Shown here one piece after another: positions 25,178 through 34,845 of a stretch of DNA of 64,000 nucleotides; position 1 is the first letter of the stretch, and each line of letters opens with the position of its first letter. The notes beneath the pieces were generated by a model, which worked only from the letters and a program-made list of their open reading frames with translations, had not been told where the DNA came from and ran no database searches. The DNA comes from Monocercomonoides exilis PA203 (Eukaryota; Protista; Preaxostyla): positions 682,001-746,000 of the forward strand of contig LSRY02000034.1 of NCBI GenBank assembly GCA_001643675.2, in the 5' to 3' direction. The position numbers were made by a program, and so were the translations under genes.

Positions 25178-26236
25178 GGTGGTTTTTTTATCCGGACTTT
25201 TTTTTTATCCGGACAAAAATTTTAAATTTAAAATATCTCAACAATTATTCAATATTAATTTCCAGCAATTTGCACAGTTGTATGTTAGCATATATAACAT
25301 CGATTCATATACAAAATTTTCATAGCAGTGTTGTATTTTTTTTTGAAATAAATAATTTTTATTTTTGAAAATCCGACTTTTGATGAATTTTTCTATTGAA
25401 ATAAAATGATTCAATTTATCCTATATGTATAAAACTTATTTTTTCCATGATATTAACAATTCTGGTTATTTTTTATTTTCCACAATTTGCTCTTTCTAAC
25501 GGAATGAAAATCTATCATTTTTGAAAAATCATTGTCAATGTGACAACTTAAAAAATAGTTTTCATAAAATGAAAAAGCATGCAAGTGAATTTAACACATG
25601 CATTAATTAATAAAAGTTATATAAAATTACCACAAAGAAATTATTAAAAATGATTCAGTGAAGATTCCAAAAATAAATATTATTCGAATTTCAATGAAAT
25701 CGAATATTAAAAATCATCAATTATGAAAACAAATGATGCTTATGAAATCCCTTCTGAATCATTTTTAATAATTACTTTGTGGTAATTTTATATAACTTTT
25801 ATATTAATTAATGCAAGTGTTGGTTTCAGTTAGATGCTCCTTCATTTAATAAAAAATATTTTTTAAGTTATCACATTGACAATGATTTTTCAAAAATGAT
25901 AGATTTTCATTCCGTTAGAAAGAGCAAATTGTGGAAAATAAAAAATAACCAGAATTGTTAATATCATGGAAAAAATAAGTTTTATACATATAGGATAAAT
26001 TGAATCATTTTATTTCAATAGAAAAATTCATCAAAAGTCGGATTTTCAAAAATAAAAATTATTTATTTCAAAAAAAAATACAACACTGCTATGAAAATTT
26101 TGTATATGAATCGATGTTATATATGCTAACATACAACTGTGCAAATTGCTGGAAATTAATATTGAATAATTGTTGAGATATTTTAAATTTAAAATTTTTG
26201 TCCGGATAAAAAAAAAGTCCGGATAAAAAAACCACC
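25178..26236. repeat. Foldback-like long inverted repeat (1059 bp), probably a non-autonomous element
   Basis: 25178-25543 reads as the reverse complement of 25871-26236 (366-bp arms, no mismatch seen by eye). About 120 bp of diverged inner arm and a short spacer lie inside. The ends carry a duplicated TTTTTTTATCCGGAC motif. No TSD was found. Confidence 0.9.
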
Positions 26237-26434
26237 CTTGACGAAAAGAAGCAATAAGATTATATGATTGTTTCTATTTTTGAAAGATTTGTTTCATTCA
26301 AAAAAAAAATGAAAAAATTCACAAACAAAACTTTTTCATATTTCGAATAAAAATCTGTTTTCAATTTTGTTAAATGGCGAAAAAAGAAAAATAAAACATA
26401 AAAGTTACAATATTCATTTTTCTTATTTTCTCAA

Positions 26435-27859
26435 TCAAACGTTAAATAGACAAAAGTATTCATAGGCAATTAATCAAAATATTTTTCATTTTAAAAAAGA
26501 AAAAGCAATTCGCAAAAAATAGCGTTGATGTCTTCATATCCTACTTCTTCTATCTTTTTGAGCATCTCTTTTTGGTTATCTTTCTCTTTGCCTCTTTCAT
26601 TTTGTTACCAGTCTTTTCTTTCATTCCCTGTGAAATGAAATTAAAAAAATATAAGCATTCATATGCTGCTTTGTGATCAATTGTTGACTGTTGAATTTCC
26701 TCCAAAACAACAAAAACTGCTCTCCTTTTCAACAAATCTTCAACTTTCACGCTTGTACCATCTGCTACTCTTTTAATTGATTCAATGCATTTTTGACTCA
26801 TTTCTCCAGAATTATCCTTTCTTATTCGAAGCATCCGAACAATGCTTTCAATAACCCCAGCAAATTCTTCATTCCACAATTTGCATTACCAAAAAAATTA
26901 ACGAACGTTCTGAACCATCTCAATTAAATGAATTATTTTTTTGTATCTTTTCTTCTCTTCCAATTCACACATTTCGACAGCTCTTCAAGTTCTCTTACAG
27001 CTTCTCTCACAAAATGCAGCTTATTTACAACAATATCTTCCAAGCTTCTTTTGAAACAGAATTTTTGAATCAGAAATTCACAAATAGAATAACAGTTAAT
27101 ATGAGAAGGAATGTTGCGTTCCTGATTTCATTGGATTACTCCCGCTTCCCATTCAGATACAGTTTCTGCTCGACAAACTTAATAAATACAAAAAAAAAAT
27201 ACCCTGACATTGGTAATAACATCAAAATGTTCAATAATTTTGCCCAAAAGCAACTCCGAACCACCAATGCCATTTCCACTTCTTTTTGCAGCTCTTCATT
27301 TTCCTCTTTGTTCAAAACAGCTTTCAAAAGACAAGGAACAAAAAAGGAAGGAACTTCTTTTGAAATTTAACCATCAGAGGGTATCAGATAACAATCACAA
27401 AGATAAACCAAAGCATTTCTTTCTTTTCATCTTCTTTCTTCTATTTTTGGAGAATAAACTTTTCAAATATTTCACAAAGAAACGAACGATTCAAACCATC
27501 AATATTCATTCTCTTCATAATTTTCCAATACCCAACATGCTCCAGAAGTACAGCTTCAGTTCCAGACACAATTTCATATGTTCGATCATTTTGTGTATTT
27601 TATTGACTGTTCTTCTGTAAAAACAGTATCAAATTCTTTGCAACGCATAGTATCAATTGCTTCATGCATTTCTTCCATTTGCTGTCAATGCATCTCCATT
27701 GCATCTTTCAAGCTCAGAAAACATTTCTGAATATAATATATGAGATATTATCACGATCATTTAAAATTCTGCATTAACACAATAAGCAAACTCAAAAACG
27801 TATTTTCAATATTCTTCTCCTTTATTTTTTCTGCAAATATTGCAGTTGGAAAGTGTCAT
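26435..27859 (-). pseudogene. Decayed copy of the lineage-specific acidic helical multicopy family (paralogue of the 53.4-kb and 58.8-kb genes)
   Basis: Fragments LNKEENEELQKEVEMALVV, NEEFAGVIESIV, VKVEDLLKRRAV..VLEEIQQ and EAKRKITK match the other two copies. There are multiple frameshifts and stops, and the 5' boundary is approximate. Confidence 0.75.
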
Positions 27860-27891
27860 ACTTCTACAATTCAAACAAAATAAACACATGT

Positions 27892-29373
27892 GGTAAATGG
27901 TACTTATAAGCCACCTCACAAATCTTTACAAAACATAGAAATAATCAAAGAGAGCATGTTGTTTTTTAACTTTAAGAAGAATGATATGTGGAAAAATCGG
28001 TATTTATTTATCAGCCTCCCATTCAGATGCATCAGCTCCATCCCCAGCCCCATCTGATGATGTATCTGTTTCAAGTTCGTATTCTGATTCTGAAGATTCT
28101 TCTTCGTGAAGCATTTTTGCTCCAGCCTCTTCTTCCTCTTCCTCTGGACCAAAAGCTTCATCCAAAAGAGCTTTGTATTCTTCATCACTGTATTTCATAA
28201 CATTCGACACAAAAACAGAAAAATCAACTTTTCGATTTCTGAAAAACAAAAAGGAATAGATATATTCTTTCATTCTATTTTGTCTCACTCCATGTGAAGG
28301 AAGGAATTTTCGAAGTGCATCCCACAACGCTTCGATATGATTTGTGCAAGCGCCTGTGATTGGATCTGAATAAGTGAGAAATAACATTTCATGAAAAAAG
28401 ACAATAAAATAAGAAAATTTAAACCTACAAAATGCTCGGAATAATTGACGGTCTTGTGTGTGAATCCATTCTCACTTAAAGAAGAATAAGCTTTCCATTG
28501 ATCAGAGGAAATTTCTGTTCCGGGACGAATATATTTTTTAATAAACGGAATTTATACTGAAACAGATCTGTTGGACACAGGATAAACAAATGCTCTTCCT
28601 CCACGTTCCTGAGCACCGAAAATCCATATTTGCTTCTTCGCACGTCCTAATAAAAAAAAGTTCAATTGATAATTAAGTTTCAAAAGATAAAAATTCAAAA
28701 CCTCTCTTATATTTTTGCCGACTCCAAACAGCTTCATCAATTTCAACAATGCTGCCAGGACCTTTTATAGGAGTTTGAATTCCATCAATAATCTGAGTAC
28801 ATGTTCTCCGGCAAATGCAATAATAATTAGAAAAACAATGTCTTTCGCATGAAGTTAGAGATGATGTTTAAAGAAGTGAATGATCAGAATAAAATTTATA
28901 TTTGAAAGCTTCGATTTTGAAAACGGAGTTCCTGTTCCATAAGAGACTTCTTTTCTGCATTTACGGCATCTGAAGAACCATTTTCCTTCGCTTCCTCTAA
29001 TCAAAATCATTAATGAACGACATGTTGCTATTGCGCATCTTCTGACAGTGTTAATCACATTGTCGTGAAGCCATTGCATGGTTTCTCCATTATCGCAAAA
29101 AATCTTCAATAAATTATGTTTTTCCTCCATCAAATGATTAAATATTTGACATTCGTAAATGTTTTTGGTGTAATATATATACTCAACAATAAAAAAACCG
29201 ATAATTTTGAGAACAAATATTTTGTATTTTTTTATGGGTTGATCAAATTTTTTTTCTATTAAATCTGATTTTTCCACTAATTAACGATTGAATAATCTTT
29301 TCAAATGTGCTTTTAACATATGATCTCAAGTTTATCTTTAATTTGGCAAGGTGGCGTATAAGTGCCATATGCC
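27892..29373 (-). mobile_element. Merlin (IS1595/ISXO2-like) DNA transposon, 1482 bp
   Basis: Imperfect TIRs GGTAAATGGTACTTATAAGCCACC and (revcomp) GGCATATGGCACTTATACGCCACC. Perfect 8-bp TSD ACACATGT at 27884-27891 and 29374-29381. An internal transposase gene is present. Confidence 0.92.
28004..29130 (-). pseudogene. Merlin transposase with two spliceosomal introns, inactivated
   Basis: N-terminal Cys cluster (RCAIATC..FRCRKC), then GPGSIVEIDEA, KYKRG|RAKKQIWIFG, IRPGTEISSDQWKAYSSL and HKTVNYSEHFVD|PITGACTNHIEALW (D-D-E triad). Introns 28647-28701 and 28366-28424 restore the frame. There is an in-frame TAA at 28552-28554 and a stop/frameshift near 28855. Confidence 0.88.
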
Positions 29374-29901
29374 ACACATGTTAATAAAGAAGAAAGAATT
29401 TGATATTTTATAATAAAAATGAATGAGAAAAAATTTGAATTCGCACCAGATGAAACTGATTTGTTCTATAAATAAGCAATATTGAAGATAATTTTTGTTT
29501 AAAAAATGAATCATTCTGTAATGGGATATCTTGATCATTCACAAAAAATACAAAAAATATATTATTATAAATGTTCATATATTTATTTTTTAAATTAAAT
29601 AGATATTATTATCTGAATATAAATAAATTTGTATTTTTTTATTTATTTATTTATTTATTTATTTATTGAAGTGGAAAATTGGTGACAAACGCAACGAACA
29701 TTTTTCTTCACGTTTCCCAGGGCTATAATAGATAAGATAACGTAATCTTATTCAATGAAAATCGATTAAGAAACCCTTATTTTCTAAAATCTTCTTTAGC
29801 GCCCAAAATATATTCTTTGTTCTTCACAGATCGATTGAATAATTTCAAAAACATTGTTCCGAGTTTTTCTTTTGTTTAATTCAATCTGAAGAGAAAGAAA
29901 A

Positions 29902-30657
29902 ATGGGAAACATAGTGCGTAATCCAAAGAATAAAAAAGATGCGTGTGATAAAACTAAAGCAATGAAATGGATTGAAGAAAAGAGAACTGAACCTCCAAAA
30001 GAACTGAGGCATGATACAATAATTTCAGATAACCAAGGAAATACAATGGCAATGTGGTGGATTTATTATGTGAAAAAAGATCCGCCAGAATGGATGAGAC
30101 ATAGCATAACACTCAAAGATAATGCGGGATGGACGATGGCAATGTGGTGGATAATTTTTGTTCACACGGATTTGCCAGAATGGATGAGACATGACGTAAC
30201 ACTCAAAGATAATGATGGATTTACAATGGCCATGCACTGGATACATGAAGTTAAGACTGATCCTCCTGAATGGATGAGACATGATATTGAACTCAAAGAT
30301 AATGATGGATTTACAATGGCCATGCACTGGATACGTGAAGTTAAGACTGAGCCTCCTCTGTGGATGAGGCATAGCAATTCTTTGGTCAGTGTCAATGGAT
30401 GGACAATGGCGATGTTCTGGATTGGAATTGTTCAAACAGATCCTCCAATGTGGATGAGACATGACATCACACTCAGTGATTCTTTTGGAATGACAATGGC
30501 CATGTTCTGGATTGGAATTGTTCAAACAGAACCTCCAATATGGATGAGGCATTCCAATTCACAAAAAAATATTGCAGGGCAGACAATGGAAATGATATGG
30601 AAAGATGCAATGGAAACTGAACCCCCAAAATGGATGAAGAAAAAATTTCATTTATAA
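29902..30657 (+). CDS. Trp/Met-rich 30-aa tandem repeat protein (8 units, ankyrin-like D..G.T turn)
   Basis: Intronless 251-aa ORF with unit consensus DNxGxTMAMxWIxxVxTxPPxWMRHxxxLx and 90-bp DNA periodicity. Confidence 0.8.
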   Translation: MGNIVRNPKNKKDACDKTKAMKWIEEKRTEPPKELRHDTIISDNQGNTMAMWWIYYVKKDPPEWMRHSITLKDNAGWTMAMWWIIFVHTDLPEWMRHDVTLKDNDGFTMAMHWIHEVKTDPPEWMRHDIELKDNDGFTMAMHWIREVKTEPPLWMRHSNSLVSVNGWTMAMFWIGIVQTDPPMWMRHDITLSDSFGMTMAMFWIGIVQTEPPIWMRHSNSQKNIAGQTMEMIWKDAMETEPPKWMKKKFHL

Positions 30658-31067
30658 CCATTATTTTAAGACTGACTATTATCTCAACATTTTGATTGAG
30701 CTTTCATTCTTTTGAATAATTAATTTTAAACTGTTTTTTGTATTTCAAAATATGAATCATTTTTTCATATCTTATTTTAACAAAATCTTTTGATCAACCG
30801 TAATAAAACATTCACAATTCAGATAATATCAATTCAAATCTTTCTTTCTTAACAAAAATAATTGTTGGCTTTTTTATATTGACTTACGAAATGAATCAAA
30901 TGAAAAGAATTTTTTTTATTTTTCTTACATGATAAACAACACAAAACAAAAAAAGAAGAGAATTGAAACAAAGAATCCATCATTAATTGAAAAATGAAAC
31001 AGAAAAACCATTTTTTCCAAAAAAAAAAAGATATTTCAAATATCAAAAATCCATTTATTGTTAATTT

Positions 31068-31559
31068 GGCAAAATGGGATTATTCTGCCAGAAATGATTA
31101 TTTTCTTGAAAACACCTAAAACTGTATCGAAACGGGGCTTAACGAACTCATCAATGAAGGTCAGATATGAAATCCTATTCAAAAATTTAATTATCTTCCA
31201 ACGTCATAAATCTCAACGATATGAAAATCTTTGATCAATCCCATCAAAAAATTTAATCATGTTTTCATTTTGGTTTTTTTTTCCTATTAACTATTTTTAA
31301 CAACAGAACTCTATGAATAAGGGTTAACCCTAAAAAAATTTCATTTTTTCTTCATTTTCAAAGATATTTGGGTCTCAATTAGAAAATAATATTTTTTTAT
31401 CATAATTCAAAAATAGAAAAAATTTAAAGTTTCTTTCATCGAAAAATTGAAGATAAAAATGGACTTTATCTTCATTGTTCTAATGATTTTCTGGCAGGAA
31501 TATGAAAAAGAAATCGTTATGACATAAATTTTTCACTGGACGTATCGTACCCATTTGCC
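31068..31559. mobile_element. Merlin-type MITE (family B), copy 1, 492 bp
   Basis: Ends are GGCAAAATGGGATTAT and (revcomp) GGCAAATGGGTACGAT. The 8-bp TSD is GTTAATTT/GTTTATTT (one mismatch). It is homologous over its length to 49784-50275 in the opposite orientation. Confidence 0.88.
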
Positions 31560-32346
31560 GTTTATTTTTCTGTGAATCTTATTTCTTCAAATTAGTTCTG
31601 ATTTATTTATTGATAAGTTATTTCGGAAGATATTCTTTCGAAAATGAAAAAAGAATTCTTAATAAATCTATTTTTTTTTCTTTTGTTTTCAATGTTGAAG
31701 CATTCAATGTGATAAGGATCAAAACACTTTCACAAACAATTAAAATTGAGTAACAATTTCATCTGGTTGAAATGTTTTGAAATATTCTGTTTGAAAAGTC
31801 GCAAATGAAAAATTTTCATGTTCAAAAAATTTTGACATTTTCACATGAATATTACGCATATAAGTGAAATATTAATATCAAACAAATATGAATAATAAAA
31901 AAAAATTCAATAAGAAATGATTGGCTTAATGATCAAATTTGACAGATCAATTGAAAAAATTCATGAAAAAAGAACTGATTTGAATGAGCATCACAGTTTA
32001 AAATTAAAGACTTTGAGACGGAATTATACCAACTATTTTTTTACAAAAAATTTTGTATAGCACTTTCAACTTTCATTTCAACTTAATATAGTTTAATCAT
32101 TTTCTTTTATTAAAAGAAAGTTACGTTTGTTGCTTTTTTCACAATTATTCCCAATCTTATTTTTGAATAAAAACAATGTAAGATAGGTTTGCTCCGAGAT
32201 AATGAGTATTTGATTCATTCTTTGGATGATTTGAGTGAGAACTTCGCTCTCTCCAAAATGATGTGGAAAAAAGGGTGAGATGAAAATATACACAATAACA
32301 TGTTAAATAATAAAAAGTGTATTATGAATTGTCCGCTTCACTTCAC

Positions 32347-32560
32347 CTCCGACTTCGCCTTTTCGCCTTGGTCATGAAAACCAGAGGGCAGGGGACATTG
32401 CCCCTCGGAGCTTTCTCCTGCAGGCAGTGTGAGGATCAGGTGAGGCGAGTCTTCTAGTCGGAGCAGAAAGAAAAACCACTCTCGCTTTCGCGAGGAGTGG
32501 AAAAGAAAACTGCGTGTGATGTGCTCTGCCTCCCGCTTCTCTGTTGCATCAGCAGAGCAA
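32347..32560 (-). ncRNA. Candidate cis-acting structured RNA in the DIRS 3' non-coding region, including an ENE-like U-rich internal loop
   Basis: GC-rich island with nested helices. The minus strand reads gcag UUUUCUUUU ccacuccucgc GAAA gcgagagugg UUUUUCUUU cugc. A long-range stem pairs cuccgacu..ucgccu with aggcga-agucggag. The GNRA loop and a G-U pair favour the minus (element sense) strand. Confidence 0.55.
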
Positions 32561-32965
32561 CCTCGATCATCACCCATCGTTTGGATTGCTCTGAATCTTA
32601 TGTGTAAAAAACAATCGTTATCATGTTGAGGAGAAAGCTTTTTGATAAATACTGTTTATTCGTTCTATTAGTATATTTCTAGATTCTAGACGCACACTAA
32701 TCACTTCGGGCGTTTGATCTTTCTTTCTCCTTCTATATCTCTCCCTTTTTCAAATCATCTCACCACTTGGATGTTGCTCACATTCGCACCCAGCCGCCTA
32801 TTATCTCTCCATCCGCATTCCTATTATCTCGGAGCAAACTTGTCTCACTGCGATCTATCAAATTGCAATAGAGCGAATTAACAAACGCAAGGAGCAGGTT
32901 TGCTCATCGATAATGAGTCTCGAAATCCCTTCTATTTCCGTCTGTGTGATCTAAAAACCCCTTTC

Positions 32966-34129
32966 CTAATACACTCTTGTGCGGCAGATGAGTTGAGAGC
33001 GTGCGTGGAGTGGTGCGGACCTCTTGCTCCACACCCTCTCTCTCTTGGGATCTCTTTGAGGCGACATTGGTCTGGCCCTTTCCTCTTCAGTGTTAGTCCC
33101 TATCTGTCCGATACTTCTTTCGCCACGTATCCTCCCATCTTTGCCTCTCTTCTTCGGTGGAGTTGTGTCCCTCACTCCAGTCAGCTCACAGATGATACTG
33201 GGGATTATGGAGGGTGTCTTCTGACGACTTGGTTGTCGGGGTGTAGAGCTTCGTGACCGAGCCGTTTCACCTTTTTTTCCTTCTTCCCTCATAATACTCT
33301 CTCTTCTTTTTGATTGCTTTCTCGTAAGTCTCTTCCCTATCTCAGATCCCGCTTTGAGTAATTCCTCTGTGCAATCTTTCATATCTGCATCTGCTATCTC
33401 CAGTGTCCCTTCCTTCGTTTCTCCACTCTTCTCCGGCTTGTTATCATATCCAATCTGATGTGTCGGTCCACCTATAGTCTCCAGGATCCATTTTGTGTCC
33501 TGTCCCTGAAAAACAGTATAATGTTCCTGGTCCACTCTCGAACCTGGCGCCCATCTCGCGTACGCATTAATTGCTTTCCAATCTGCAGCTTGTTGTCTTG
33601 CTAAGTGCGTTATCACAGCGTGTCTTATCGAGTACGCGGTAAATGTGTCGGGTATTCCGTTCTCTCTCAAGACAGCCACTAGTTCTTCCTTAATTCTCTG
33701 CAAGTTTGCAGGTTGCCTCTCCTTGATATCGAACCAAACATGTTCGTCTCTAAGGGTTGTCTTTGTATAATCCATCCAGCGTTGGAGCGCAACAACAGCA
33801 TCTATGCGTGGGTTTGGATGTTTGTTTATAATAACCTTAACCGTCTCCCCTCCAGATGTTTTTGTTTGTACTTGTGTCTGGACTAACTCGTCTTTAAATA
33901 TCGTTGTCTCTCTTCTCATTCTTTCCAGCTCTTCTGGCCTTAAAGCACAAAAAATCATTGTCAGGATGAGGGCTCTCCTCTGGAAGATTTGTGGGTCCAT
34001 CATATCGTGGGTGGATTCAGCCCATTTAGTGATAATTGTGAGATCCCACATCGTCTTGTATCGCTTGCCCTTTCTCGGCTTCTTACCCACATAAGTTTTT
34101 AAAAATATTTCTATGTCTTTCACATTCAT
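32966..34129 (-). CDS. Tyrosine recombinase of the DIRS element (N-terminus disrupted)
   Basis: Catalytic-type residues appear in order: LRPEEL (R), TKT (K), AYSIRHA (H/Y-x-x-R), ARW (W) and EHY (Y). Confidence 0.85.
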   Translation of the reverse strand: MNVKDIEIFLKTYVGKKPRKGKRYKTMWDLTIITKWAESTHDMMDPQIFQRRALILTMIFCALRPEELERMRRETTIFKDELVQTQVQTKTSGGETVKVIINKHPNPRIDAVVALQRWMDYTKTTLRDEHVWFDIKERQPANLQRIKEELVAVLRENGIPDTFTAYSIRHAVITHLARQQAADWKAINAYARWAPGSRVDQEHYTVFQGQDTKWILETIGGPTHQIGYDNKPEKSGETKEGTLEIADADMKDCTEELLKAGSEIGKRLTRKQSKRRESIMREEGKKGETARSRSSTPRQPSRQKTPSIIPSIICELTGVRDTTPPKKRGKDGRIRGERSIGQIGTNTEEERARPMSPQRDPKRERVWSKRSAPLHARSQLICRTRVY

Positions 34130-34845
34130 CTTAGTCTCTCTGAATAGATTAATAGAGTCCAGTTCTTTCTGAACTGTCTGATAAATCAGTCCATTTGAGA
34201 AGTTTGTATTTGAAAGCGTTTCAATTAATTCTGGCGTTATCCATTTGGCATCATTCTCATTGAGGGGTCTGTTTCATCTATTCTTTCTATGTCCAAAAAT
34301 TGTTTATATTTGCGCAGCGCTCTACACGTATCTCTTTCACTCTTTTGATTTCTAAGTATTGCTTCTGCTATATCTCTTGCTCCAACATATTCTCCAAATG
34401 TTAAGAAAAAGTCCCTTCTTGGTGTATTTTTCTCTCTAGTATAACGCTTATTACATCTCCTAAGTGTATTTTCCAGCCTTCCTTTCTCATCTTCGCTCCC
34501 GGTATCATGCTCTCCTGAAAGGTCCCCAGGGCCTTTGTCGAATGCACAGGCTGCAGTGGCGGGGTCCAGGTTTGCCCCCTCCAGGCTGGAAGAATCAGAA
34601 TCGTTTGTTCCCTCTAAGCTTCGTTCATCTTCTCTTTCAACACCCGTCCAATATTTCTCAGGAACGGATGGACTAGCACTATGTCGTCTTCTGGTGTTTT
34701 TCTCTCTCCTCCTTCTCACGGAGGATAGTCTCCAAGTACTGCCGCAGGGCACCGGCGCAATCTGTTTTAAAATTGAATCTGGTATTCTCGGTGCGATTGT
34801 TTGTACTATCTCTGCGACTTTCTTCCTTCTCAGTGCATAGTCCGG

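Noticed and set aside
28552-28554. In-frame TAA/TAG codons in the Merlin transposase, DIRS RT and IQCH-like gene as evidence for a TAR=Gln genetic code (known in some oxymonads)
   Set aside because: Beta-tubulin ends in TAA, the SF3B3-like gene ends in TAG at the homologous C-terminus, and long Gln-rich genes use CAA/CAG. The stops co-occur with frameshifts, so they reflect decay.
29990-30640. CRISPR-like regularly spaced repeats
   Set aside because: The 90-bp periodicity is an in-frame protein repeat without unique spacers, the context is eukaryotic, and there are no cas genes.
32347-32560. Hammerhead or HDV-like ribozyme in the DIRS 3' region
   Set aside because: There is no CUGAUGA core (only CUGAUGC and CUGAUCC). 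The UCCUCGC heptamer lacks the flanking P3 pairing and sits inside a simple hairpin.
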